Assembly: GCA_022823185.1 (NCBI GenBank)
Contig: JAJDXQ010000006.1
Span: forward strand, 70,738 to 134,737
Length of the DNA stretch: 64,000 nucleotides
Origin: Caldilineaceae bacterium
Lineage (GTDB): Bacteria > Chloroflexota > Anaerolineae > Caldilineales > Caldilineaceae
Reading direction: 5' to 3'
Part shown: positions 46,774-55,290 of the stretch, piece after piece
Layout: every line of letters starts with the position of its first letter
How positions within the stretch are numbered: position 1 is the stretch's first letter
The notes under the pieces: model-generated
What the model was told of the DNA's origin: nothing
Database searches by the model: none
Seen by the model: only the letters and a program-made list of their open reading frames with translations
Position numbers and translations under genes: made by a program

Positions 46774-47718
46774 TTGGCAACGATAGAAGATTCGCACGGC
46801 AGTCAGACACGCGATCGGATTGGTAATGGACTGTTAAGTCGCCTGCGAATACCCCGCAACGCCTTTCCGTGGCTGGTGCTGACCCCCGTCCTCATATACT
46901 ATTTTGTTTTTCTGATATATCCGATCCTCTATGCCATTTGGGTCAGCCTCCACCTGTGGATCATTGAAGACCCCAGTGCCAGCCAATTCGTCCTCTTCAG
47001 GAATTACAGTGACCTCCTGCTCCCGACTTCGCGCTTCCTGGACGCATTCAGGAACACGCTGGTCTATGTTTTTATCCGCACGGTCGCACTGGTGCCTTTA
47101 GGCCTTCTTACGGCCCTCCTGCTGTACCAGTTTCGTCGTACGCAGCGCTTCTATCTCTTCTGTGTTTTTGCCCCTATTGTCTGTCCAAGTGCTGCCATCG
47201 CCGTTCTTTGGAAGTGGCTCTATCATCCGCGCTTTGGGCCGATCAACGCCCAGCTGGCTGAAATCGGTGTGCCGCGCCAGGGGTTCATCACCGTGGCAGA
47301 CCAGGCTCTCTATTCGGTGGTAGCTGTCGATATTTGGCAACATATAGGTTTCGGGGCTGTCATCTTTCTGGCTGGTCTGATGAGCATCCCTGAACAGCTG
47401 TTGGAGGCAGCCCGAATCGATGGCGCCAACCGCTGGCAGCTATTCTGGAGGATTACCCTGCCTCTCCTCTCCCATACGACGCTCTTCGTGACGGTTATTA
47501 CCCTTATTGGCTCTTTTCAGGTTTTCGATCTGATTTTGGTCATGACGTCTGGAGGGCCGGGGTATGCAACCTATGTACTCTCCTATCTAATCTACAACGA
47601 GGGCATCTTGCGAACCGATATGGGAGCGGCATCGGCGATTTCTTTGGTAATGTTTGTCATTATCATGATATTCACTGTGATTCAGTTTCGGCTCTTGCGG
47701 CCAAGATGGGAGTATTGA
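46774..47718 (+). CDS. Carbohydrate ABC transporter permease (MalF/UgpA-like)
   Basis: 314-aa ORF. EAA loop EAARIDGANRWQLFWRITLPLL; six TM spans. Confidence 0.85.
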   Translation: MATIEDSHGSQTRDRIGNGLLSRLRIPRNAFPWLVLTPVLIYYFVFLIYPILYAIWVSLHLWIIEDPSASQFVLFRNYSDLLLPTSRFLDAFRNTLVYVFIRTVALVPLGLLTALLLYQFRRTQRFYLFCVFAPIVCPSAAIAVLWKWLYHPRFGPINAQLAEIGVPRQGFITVADQALYSVVAVDIWQHIGFGAVIFLAGLMSIPEQLLEAARIDGANRWQLFWRITLPLLSHTTLFVTVITLIGSFQVFDLILVMTSGGPGYATYVLSYLIYNEGILRTDMGAASAISLVMFVIIMIFTVIQFRLLRPRWEY

Positions 47719-47850
47719 GCCCTCCAGTGGACTGACCCCCTCAAAAATCGTCAATATAGGCAACGCCGAGCCACGGTTGTCAATCTGGAGAATTGGAACA
47801 GTATGCTGGAGTAGGAAACTAAGAGTTGCGAGCTGAACGAGCGATTACCA

Positions 47851-48708
47851 ATGTTTGACAATGGCAGTGCGCCCGCGACCATGGGCAAGGGAAAACTATC
47901 GTTTGAGCGAGTTGTCCTCACACTCGTCATGCTGGCCGTAGCGGCAGGAATGTTTGTACCTTTCATCTGGATGGTGCTGTCATCGTTTAAGCCTTATCAG
48001 GAAATCCTATCACTCAAACCGACACTATGGCCCCAAGGGTTCACGGTAGGCAACTATACAACGCTGACGTCAGAGTTGCCCTTCTTGCGCTACTTTTTGA
48101 ACAGCGCCGGAGTTTCCTCAGTTGTAACTCTGGTAATTCTCTTTACAAGCTCCCTATGTGGATATGTTTTCGCCAAGTTTGACTTCGCGTACAAGGAACT
48201 GTTTTTCATGACCATCATCAGCAGTATGATGGTCCCCTTTGCCGTTGTCGTCCTGCCTCTCTACTTTCTTATCGCCCGATTGGGAATGCTGGACTCCTAT
48301 CTTGGTCTGGTAATTCCATTCATGGTCAACGCGTTTGGCATCTTCCTAATGCGTCAGTTCATGGAGGGCGTCCCCGGCGACTTGGTGGATGCCGGGCGCG
48401 TAGACGGGGCAGGAGAAATGTGGATCTATTGGAGAATAATGCTCCCCCTTTCTCTTAACGCGCTATCCGCACTGGGCGTTTTTGTCTTTCTGTGGTCATG
48501 GAACTCTTTGTGGTGGCCGTTCATGATCATATCGAAGAGCGAACTGAGGACGCTGCCGCTAGGTATTGCCACGCTAGCCTGGGAATATGCCACGCGGGTT
48601 GATCTGGTGATTACCGGTGCAACAATCGGAGTCGTGCCGATTTTGATCCTTTTTGCGCTGATGACGCGCACAATAGTGCGCGGGGTGGCCTTGACTGGCA
48701 TGAAATAG
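47851..48708 (+). CDS. Carbohydrate ABC transporter permease (MalG/UgpE-like)
   Basis: 285-aa ORF. EAA loop DAGRVDGAGEMWIYWRIMLPLS. Confidence 0.85.
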   Translation: MFDNGSAPATMGKGKLSFERVVLTLVMLAVAAGMFVPFIWMVLSSFKPYQEILSLKPTLWPQGFTVGNYTTLTSELPFLRYFLNSAGVSSVVTLVILFTSSLCGYVFAKFDFAYKELFFMTIISSMMVPFAVVVLPLYFLIARLGMLDSYLGLVIPFMVNAFGIFLMRQFMEGVPGDLVDAGRVDGAGEMWIYWRIMLPLSLNALSALGVFVFLWSWNSLWWPFMIISKSELRTLPLGIATLAWEYATRVDLVITGATIGVVPILILFALMTRTIVRGVALTGMK

Positions 48709-48948
48709 AAGCAAATGGAGGTCTTTACCGAGAAAATCGATTGGCCTGGAACGAACCCGTACCCGTCCGCATACTCCCCGAGATTCACCCCTTCTCTGAA
48801 AGCGGTTTCTACGCCTGCACACCGATCGAGCAGATGCGCATCCGTCAGGGGCCAGCCTAGCCTGCTTCTTTGGTCAGGCAAGACCAAGGGGTTCCGGTAA
48901 ATCGTAGTAGGGCTGGCCAAACAGATTCGTGCGCACCGCGAGCAGTGA

Positions 48949-49101
48949 TTGGGCGCCCTCACGCGGCCAGCGCATCTCAGACTGCTTGAAACCCTACTGC
49001 AGGACGACGTGAATGCAGCCCTATCCCAGGCCACCGAAACCGGCCAACCCGTCCACTCTCAGCCCCAACCCTGGGCCGAAACCCTCACAGCCACCCACTG
49101 A
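48949..49101 (+). pseudogene. 3'-terminal fragment of a Gfo/Idh/MocA paralogue (no start; upstream in-frame stop at 48946)
   Basis: The frame reads ...LLETLLQDDVNAALSQATETGQPVHSQPQPWAETLTATH*. The C-terminus of CDS 43040..44128 reads ...SLAEACQDRYLDVLAAQAAETGQPVHSKPQPWANALSAQS*. Manual nucleotide alignment of 44051-44113 against 49024-49086 gives 54/63 identical. Confidence 0.6.
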
Positions 49102-49123
49102 CCATCAACCACTCACCACTGCC
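49095..49123 (+). repeat. Heptamer tandem-repeat element, copy b (partly degenerate)
   Basis: CCACTGA CCATCAA CCACTCA CCACTGC C. The first TGA is the stop codon of the gene fragment. Confidence 0.75.
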
Positions 49124-49220
49124 CTTCCCCCGCCCTTAGGCGCCTGCAGCCCCTCAGTGTATAATCACACTTGGTTCTAAGTGGACGGCCATACGCCGAA
49201 ACTGTCCACCGCAGACAGCG

Positions 49221-50129
49221 ATGCAAACCATGGCAAAAATACTTCTCTGTCACCCACTCTTTCTCAGCCTCAATCCGGAAGAACAGGCCCTCCAAAGCCC
49301 ATACTTCCCGCTCGGCCTTCTCTACCTCGCCGGCTATGTTCGCGCCCAGGGCCACGAAGTCGCCGTCTTCGACGGTACCTTCGAAGAAGACGTCAGCGCC
49401 TTCTCCGCCCGGCTGGCCGCAGAAAAACCCGACCTCGTCGGAATCTCTGCCGTCCTGCCTCTGCGCGACATGGCACTCGCCCTGGCTGCCGACGCCAAAG
49501 CCGCCGGCGTTCTCACCATCCTCGGCGGCCCCGACCCGACCAAAGATCCCGCCTCCTATCTCCAGTTTCCCCAGGTCGATATGGTCGTCCACCATGAGGG
49601 CGAACAAACCCTCGACGCGCTGCTGCGCCTCATCGACGCCGGCTCCCTCACGCCCGAACTGCTGGCGCGTGAACCGGGCATCGCCTACCGCGACGCCGCC
49701 GGCAGACCGGTCGTGAACCAGCCGCGCCCCCCCGTCGAAAACCTGGACGAGCTGCCCCTGCCCGCCCGCGACCTCATCGACATGGACCGCTACCTCGACA
49801 CCTGGCGCGAGGAAAACGGCTACGCCTCCCTGACCATCGCCACCTCCCGCGGCTGCCCCTACGGCTGCGACTGGTGCCGGGATTCAGTTCACGGCCAGGA
49901 TTTTCGTCAGAGGTCACCGGAGAGCGTCGCCGCGGAAATGAAGCAGCTCAAAGAGACCTACGAGATCGACCGCCTGCGCGTCGTCGACGACGTTGACGGC
50001 ATCGAGCGTGACTGGGTCGAAGACTGGGCCGAAGCCGCCGCCGCCGCTGACGCCGCCATCCCCTTCGAAGCGCTGTACGACCTGGAACGCCAGGACCTGC
50101 CCATGCTCGACGTGCGCGATACCTTGTGA
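49221..50129 (+). CDS. B12-binding domain / radical SAM protein, apparently C-terminally truncated
   Basis: 302-aa ORF. N-terminal cobalamin-binding-like domain (ILLCHP...GLLYLAGYVRAQGHEVAVFD). SRGCPYGCDWC (Cys212/216/219) radical-SAM cluster motif, then RSPESVAAEMKQLKETYEIDRLRVVDD. The ORF ends 83 residues after the cluster. A TATAAT lies at 49160-49165 upstream. Confidence 0.65.
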   Translation: MQTMAKILLCHPLFLSLNPEEQALQSPYFPLGLLYLAGYVRAQGHEVAVFDGTFEEDVSAFSARLAAEKPDLVGISAVLPLRDMALALAADAKAAGVLTILGGPDPTKDPASYLQFPQVDMVVHHEGEQTLDALLRLIDAGSLTPELLAREPGIAYRDAAGRPVVNQPRPPVENLDELPLPARDLIDMDRYLDTWREENGYASLTIATSRGCPYGCDWCRDSVHGQDFRQRSPESVAAEMKQLKETYEIDRLRVVDDVDGIERDWVEDWAEAAAAADAAIPFEALYDLERQDLPMLDVRDTL

Positions 50130-50210
50130 AAAAAGCGCAATCAGTATCTCCCCACCGTGAGTGGGGCCTTGCACGCACCACCGGATGACTCGGCTGCCGG
50201 AAACTGAACC

Positions 50211-50942
50211 TTGAAGGACTTCTTCTCCCACGGCTCCCCTTTTCTCCGCCATCCTCTATTGACGGAAGAACGAACCCGGCAGGAAGTCGACTTCCTGGTC
50301 GACGCGTTGCCGCTTCCCCCCGGCGCACGCGTCCTCGACGTCGGCTGCGGCTTCGGCCGCCACAGCATAGAGCTCGCCCGGCGCGGCCACCCTGTCCTCG
50401 GCATCGACCCCGCGGCAGCCATGATAGAAGCCGCCGAACAACGGGCCAGCGAAGCCGGCCTGGAGGTCGAATTCCAACAGGTCGCCGCCGAAGATTTCGC
50501 CGCGCCCCTTCCCTATGACGCCGCCGTCTGCCTCTTTACAACCCTCGGACAGGTCGCCCCCTCGTCGAATGACGACAATCGCGGCCTGCTTGCCGCCGTT
50601 GCCGCCTCACTGAAAGATGGCGGCCGCTTCGCCATCGAACTCCCGCAAAAGCAACCCGCTCTCGACGCGCTCAAACCCGCCGACCGCTTCGGCAGCGACA
50701 CAAGCTATGCGCAGGTGGATCGCGCCTACGACGCCCACACCGGCATCGTCACCGAACAATTCCTCATCGTCTCCCCTCAGGAATCCCGGACCTACAACCT
50801 CCGCTACCGGCTCTTCACACAACAGGATGTCGGGCGTCTGATTGCCGCCGCCGGCCTGCAGATCCTGAAGCGCTATGACGGCTACACCTGCGCACACCTG
50901 ACAGACCATAGCCCCTTTATGCTCCTCATTTGCGCCAAATGA
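50211..50942 (+). CDS. Class I SAM-dependent methyltransferase
   Basis: 243-aa ORF (TTG start). ...LLTEERTRQEVDFLVDAL..GARVLDVGCGFGRHSIELARRGHPVLGIDP motif I/II. Confidence 0.8.
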   Translation: MKDFFSHGSPFLRHPLLTEERTRQEVDFLVDALPLPPGARVLDVGCGFGRHSIELARRGHPVLGIDPAAAMIEAAEQRASEAGLEVEFQQVAAEDFAAPLPYDAAVCLFTTLGQVAPSSNDDNRGLLAAVAASLKDGGRFAIELPQKQPALDALKPADRFGSDTSYAQVDRAYDAHTGIVTEQFLIVSPQESRTYNLRYRLFTQQDVGRLIAAAGLQILKRYDGYTCAHLTDHSPFMLLICAK

Positions 50943-51661
50943 CACCCAACTGGTTCACGCCCGACCTCTTCAATCTGCTCATGCAGGGCCTTCTCCTTAC
51001 CGTTGCGCTCACCGCTGTCACCGCCGCGCTCGCGCTTATTCTCGGCGTCGCTGCCGGGACAATGCGCATCTCCGGCAACCGCTTCGCTGCCGGGCTCGCC
51101 GTCCTCCATGTCGAGACGCACCGCAACCTGCCCGCCCTTGTTCTCATGATCATCTGGGCCTTTGCCTTGCCCAATCTCTTCCCGTCCGAGCTCCGCCGCT
51201 CTCTCTTTTTCGATAACGCCGTTCTCAACTGGATCAGCGGCTGGAGCGGGCTCTCTCTGCCCTACTATACGCTCGCCGCCGGCGTCGCCCTGATCCTCAA
51301 TACCAGCGCCTACCTCGCCGAGCTTTTTCGCGCCGGTGTCGGCGCCATCCCCCAACAACACGTTGACGCCGCCCGCACGCTCGGCGCCTCGCGCCTGAAA
51401 CTCTTCTGGCGCGTTCTGCTGCCACAGGGCCTCCGCACTGCATTCCCAGCCATTTCCACCCGCTTGATCCACCACCTGAAAAACACCGCGCTGGCCGCCT
51501 TTGTCGCCACCCCTGAGTTCTTTCACAGCGCGCAGACCGCAATCACCCGCACCTTCCTGGCGCTCGAATTCCTGATGCTCGCCGCCATCGTCTATCTTCT
51601 GCTGGCCTTTGCCTTCTCCGCCGTGCTTCGCTGGGTGGAGAAGCAATGGCTCGTCGCTTGA
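50939..51661 (+). CDS. Polar amino-acid ABC transporter permease (HisM/GlnP-like)
   Basis: ORF 50930..51661. ATG 50939 overlaps the methyltransferase stop (ATGA). YLAELFRAGVGAIPQQHVDAARTLGASRLKLFWRVLLPQ EAA loop. Confidence 0.85.
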   Translation: MTPNWFTPDLFNLLMQGLLLTVALTAVTAALALILGVAAGTMRISGNRFAAGLAVLHVETHRNLPALVLMIIWAFALPNLFPSELRRSLFFDNAVLNWISGWSGLSLPYYTLAAGVALILNTSAYLAELFRAGVGAIPQQHVDAARTLGASRLKLFWRVLLPQGLRTAFPAISTRLIHHLKNTALAAFVATPEFFHSAQTAITRTFLALEFLMLAAIVYLLLAFAFSAVLRWVEKQWLVA

Positions 51662-51709
51662 GGTTGACAGCGCCTGCTCGCCGCCCTGCCCCATGTATCC
51701 TGATCGCTG

Positions 51710-52432
51710 ATGAGTGACCATCTTTCCTTCCTGATCGAAAAACTGCCTGCCCTTCTGTTCGGCTTCTCAGGGCAACGGCCCGGCGGGCTTTTTCTCAGCC
51801 TCATCCTCGCCGTTCTCGCCGTGGCCGCCGGCTTCTGTCTCGCCGTGCCCGTCAGCAGCGCCGAACGCTCCCGCTGGCGCCCACTGCGCTGGTGCGCCGT
51901 CGCCTACGTCGAGTTCTTCCGCGGCATACCGCTGATCCTTCTGCTGGTGCTTGTGCATCAGGGCGTCGGCGGCGTCCGCTTCGGGCTCAACTGGAGCCCC
52001 CGAACCTCGGCCCTGGTCGCGCTGGCGCTCTATTCCAGCGCCTATCAGGCCGAAATCCTGCGTGCCGGCCTGGCCGCCGTGCCCCTGGAGCTGGTGGAGT
52101 CCGCCCGCCTGATGGGCAGCCGCCCCCGCCAGGTCTATGTCCTGGTCAAGCTGCGCTACGCCCTCCGCGTCATGCTGCCCGCCTTCACAGGCCAGGCCAT
52201 CAGCCTCTTCAAAGACACCTCCGTCGTCGTCGTAATCGGCGTCGCCGAAGTCATGACCGTCGCCCGTATGGCCCTCGGCGCCGACGTAACCAACGCGCCC
52301 TACTGGGTCACCATGTACACCTTTGTAGGCGTCCTGTATTTCGCGCTCGCTTTCACTCTTTCACGCCTCTCACAGCGTTGGGAGAGGCGCAGCCGGCCAG
52401 CGGATCTTGTCCATTCCATATTCAGTTACTAA
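51710..52432 (+). CDS. Polar amino-acid ABC transporter permease (second)
   Basis: 240-aa ORF. YVEFFRGIPLILLL and YQAEILRAGLAAVPLELVESARLMGSRPRQVYVLVKL EAA loop. Confidence 0.85.
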   Translation: MSDHLSFLIEKLPALLFGFSGQRPGGLFLSLILAVLAVAAGFCLAVPVSSAERSRWRPLRWCAVAYVEFFRGIPLILLLVLVHQGVGGVRFGLNWSPRTSALVALALYSSAYQAEILRAGLAAVPLELVESARLMGSRPRQVYVLVKLRYALRVMLPAFTGQAISLFKDTSVVVVIGVAEVMTVARMALGADVTNAPYWVTMYTFVGVLYFALAFTLSRLSQRWERRSRPADLVHSIFSY

Positions 52433-52716
52433 GGGAAATCCGCATCCGAACCGTGCGCAGCCGCCGACCCTTGATCCAACGCTGCGACAACGGTTTTCCA
52501 TAACGGCGCAGCACCCAAATGCGTACCCACGCTTACATTCCTGATGCTCGCAAATGTGCTACGCTTGAGAGAATACATCACCGGCGCCACGCGTCTTCGT
52601 TGGCAGAAACCTCAAGCCGTGAAGACAGATGTTCCGCGCAGCGTTATTCTCCATTTGCAACCGTTTTACCCAACCATGGCGCCATCGGGTAAACTACAAA
52701 CAAGGAGTTACATTCA

Positions 52717-53568
52717 ATGAAGAGTGCGCCTCAACGATCCCTCGCTGTCCTGCTAATCGCCGTTCTGCTGGCTGCCTGCCAGGCCATCCCTGCTATGCCC
52801 GCCGGCGAAACTGTCTCCCTGGCCGATGAGATAGCCGAGCGCGGAACCGTCCGCATCGGTGTGCGCAATGACAATCCCCCACTGAGCTTTGTCACGGAAG
52901 ACGGTGACTGGGTCGGCTTCGATGTCGACCTCGCCCATGCAATGGCCGCGCAGTTGGGTCTGGAGCCGGAGCTGATCGTCGTCGACGGCACCACCCGTAT
53001 CAGCTTCCTCCAGGAAGGACGCGTCGACATCTCAATCGCCAGCATGAACCACACCCGCAAACGCGACGATGCCATCGACTTCAGCATCACCTACTTCTGG
53101 GACAATCAGTCCTTTCTCATCCGGGCCGGTGAATATACCTCTATCGATGAGCTGATGGGGGCAAAGGTCGCCGCCAACGCCGGCAGTTCCGCCATCCCCT
53201 CCTGGATCGCTTACAGCGAGGCCCACGGCGGCCCGGCCCCCGAGATCGTCGAATTCAGCGACAAGCTGGCCGCCATGCAGGCCCTGCGCGACGGAGCCGT
53301 CGAAGGCTACACCGAAGACAACATCACCATGTTGGCCCTCGCAGCCGGCGACCCAGCCCTGGAACTTCTGCCCGGCGGACACAATCCCGTCCAATTCGGC
53401 ATCGGCGTCCCCAACAACCAGTCCGCTTGGCGCGATCAGGTCAACTACGCCCTCCAGGAACTCTGGAAGTCCGGCGTCTATCACGAGATCTACGCGCGCT
53501 GGTTCGAAGGACCCGATGCGCAAATCCAGCTGCCGCTCGGCGGGCAAATGGAAATCTGGCCGGAATAA
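52717..53568 (+). CDS. Amino-acid ABC transporter substrate-binding lipoprotein (SBP family 3)
   Basis: 283-aa ORF. AAGGAG upstream; lipobox LLIAVLLAAC; RIGVRNDNPPLSFV..GDWVGFDVDLA pattern. Confidence 0.85.
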   Translation: MKSAPQRSLAVLLIAVLLAACQAIPAMPAGETVSLADEIAERGTVRIGVRNDNPPLSFVTEDGDWVGFDVDLAHAMAAQLGLEPELIVVDGTTRISFLQEGRVDISIASMNHTRKRDDAIDFSITYFWDNQSFLIRAGEYTSIDELMGAKVAANAGSSAIPSWIAYSEAHGGPAPEIVEFSDKLAAMQALRDGAVEGYTEDNITMLALAAGDPALELLPGGHNPVQFGIGVPNNQSAWRDQVNYALQELWKSGVYHEIYARWFEGPDAQIQLPLGGQMEIWPE

Positions 53569-53583
53569 AACGGCGCCTTCTCT

Positions 53584-53641
53584 CCTGGCCTTTCGCTTCC
53601 TGCTTCCCGCCCCACAGGGCGCAGACAAACGAAAGGCCAGG
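53584..53641 (+). other. 12-bp perfect inverted repeat in the SBP-ATPase spacer
   Basis: CCTGGCCTTTCG (53584-95) / 34-nt loop / CGAAAGGCCAGG (53630-41). Ends 30 nt before ATG 53671. Confidence 0.45.
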
Positions 53642-53670
53642 AACTGCATTCCTGTTTCGTTCGTAGAACA

Positions 53671-54714
53671 ATGACTTCAGTTTCGCTGCAAAACCTTTCC
53701 GTAACCTACGCCTCCAGTATCCCTGTTCTGCAGGACGTCTCGCTGACCGTAGGACAGGGCGAGCTAATGGTCCTGTTGGGTCCATCCGGCAGTGGAAAGA
53801 CCACCATCCTGCGGGCCATTGCCGGTCTGCTGCAACCCAACGAAGGCGATATCCACTTCGACCAGCGCTCTATCCTCAACGTGCCCCCGGAACGACGCGG
53901 CGCTGTCATGGTCTTTCAGGAACACGCTCTCTTCCCCTTCATGGATGTCGGCGCAAATGTTGCCTTCGGTCTCAAGATGCGGCGGATGGATGCCGGAACA
54001 ATTCGCGCCAAGGTGGCCCAGGCTCTGGCTGCCGTCCAACTGGCCGGCTATGAGTCGCGCCGGCCAGACGAGCTTTCAGGCGGCCAGCGCCAGCGCGTTG
54101 CTCTCGCTCGCGCCCTCGTGATCGAACCCCGGGTTCTCCTGTTGGATGAACCGCTCAGCAGTCTGGAACCCGCCCTGCGCGAAGATCTGCGCGCCACCAT
54201 CCGAACCCTCCAGCAGCAGGCCGGCATCACAATGATCTTCGTCACCCACGATCAGACCGACGCCGTGGCCGTCGCAGACCGCATCTGCCTCCTCATGCAC
54301 GGCGCCGTGCGGCAGACCGGCGCACCGCGCAGCTTCTTCGAACGCCCCGTTGACAGCGAAGTGGCCCGCTTCTTCGGCGGCATCAACTTTCTGCCCGGCA
54401 TCAAACGCGGCCGCATCGTCGAAACCGATCTCGGTCCGCTCGAAGTGGATGACTCCGAAAGGCCCGACGGTGACGTCCTCGTCACCATTCGCCCCGAAGC
54501 AGTCGAGGTCGGCAAAAATGGCCACAACAACCTGGTCGGAATGGTCGAGTCCTACAGCTTTCAGGGGCTGGTCGCCCGCTGCGGCGCCGGCATCAGCGAC
54601 ACCCAACTGCAGCTGACCGTGACACCCTACCAGCGCTTCAGTCGCGGCGAAGAAATCCTCCTCCATCTGCCTCGCGAACGCATCCATCTCCTGCCCATAG
54701 AGACAGGCCAGTGA
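53671..54714 (+). CDS. ABC transporter ATP-binding protein with C-terminal TOBE-like domain (PotA/MalK class)
   Basis: 347-aa ORF. GPSGSGKTT, LSGGQRQRVALARAL and LLLDEPLS, plus about 110 extra C-terminal residues. Confidence 0.85.
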   Translation: MTSVSLQNLSVTYASSIPVLQDVSLTVGQGELMVLLGPSGSGKTTILRAIAGLLQPNEGDIHFDQRSILNVPPERRGAVMVFQEHALFPFMDVGANVAFGLKMRRMDAGTIRAKVAQALAAVQLAGYESRRPDELSGGQRQRVALARALVIEPRVLLLDEPLSSLEPALREDLRATIRTLQQQAGITMIFVTHDQTDAVAVADRICLLMHGAVRQTGAPRSFFERPVDSEVARFFGGINFLPGIKRGRIVETDLGPLEVDDSERPDGDVLVTIRPEAVEVGKNGHNNLVGMVESYSFQGLVARCGAGISDTQLQLTVTPYQRFSRGEEILLHLPRERIHLLPIETGQ

Positions 54715-55163
54715 ACATAAGAGCGCCCCTGTGGCCCATCGCCGCTGCCCGCGCCATCATCGGCGTGCTATGGCTATTCTCTCTGCGCTGGAAGCTGCCG
54801 CCTGATTTCATGCCCGCAGAGGGCCGCGGCCTGATGGACTGGCTGGAGTTGGAAGTGGCCCATGCCGCCTTCCCCCTCTACGGCCTTTTCGTCGAGCAAG
54901 TCGTACTGCCCAACTTTACACTTTTCGCCTGGCTGATCTTCCTCACGGAGCTGGCCGTTGGCCTCAGCCTGCTCACCGGCGCATTCACCCGTTTCGGCGC
55001 GCTGCTCGGCTTGGGCCTTTCCCTGAACCTTGGCATCGGCCTCCTGGAGGTGCCCGACGAATGGCCATGGAGTTACGCCATGCTTGCCATGTGGCACGGC
55101 GTATTCCTCGTCACCGGCGCCGGTCGCGTCTGGGGTCTGGATGGGCTGGGGAGACAAAACTAA
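54711..55163 (+). CDS. DoxX/DoxD-like small membrane protein
   Basis: 150-aa ORF. GTG start overlaps the ATPase stop (GTGA). Four hydrophobic spans. LTELAVGLSLLTGAFTRFGALLG and a terminal GRVWGLDG, as in DoxX-like proteins. Confidence 0.6.
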   Translation: MNIRAPLWPIAAARAIIGVLWLFSLRWKLPPDFMPAEGRGLMDWLELEVAHAAFPLYGLFVEQVVLPNFTLFAWLIFLTELAVGLSLLTGAFTRFGALLGLGLSLNLGIGLLEVPDEWPWSYAMLAMWHGVFLVTGAGRVWGLDGLGRQN

Positions 55164-55225
55164 GGGCCATTGCCATTCCATTCAAACGCCGCCCCCTTGC
55201 TGCCCGAAGAGAACGATTCGCCAAA

Positions 55226-55271
55226 GGATTTCAGTTGGCTGTCAGCGGCAACCGGCCGCAAACTGAAATCC
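55226..55271 (+). promoter_or_regulatory. 11-bp perfect inverted repeat just upstream of yeeE-like gene
   Basis: GGATTTCAGTT (55226-36) / 24-nt GC-rich loop / AACTGAAATCC (55261-71). Ends 20 nt before ATG 55291. Confidence 0.4.
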
Positions 55272-55290
55272 GCAATCGGAATGCAGTCGT

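Noticed and set aside
48426-49034. 202-aa minus-strand ORF overlapping the 3' end of the second sugar permease, and 61-aa plus ORF 48715..48900
   Set aside because: The minus ORF is antisense to a solid permease gene for half its length and has no motifs. The 61-aa ORF starts plausibly (MEVFTEKIDWPGTNPYPSAYSPRF) but degenerates quickly. It is probably decayed remnant sequence at the cassette edge and is not supportable as a gene.
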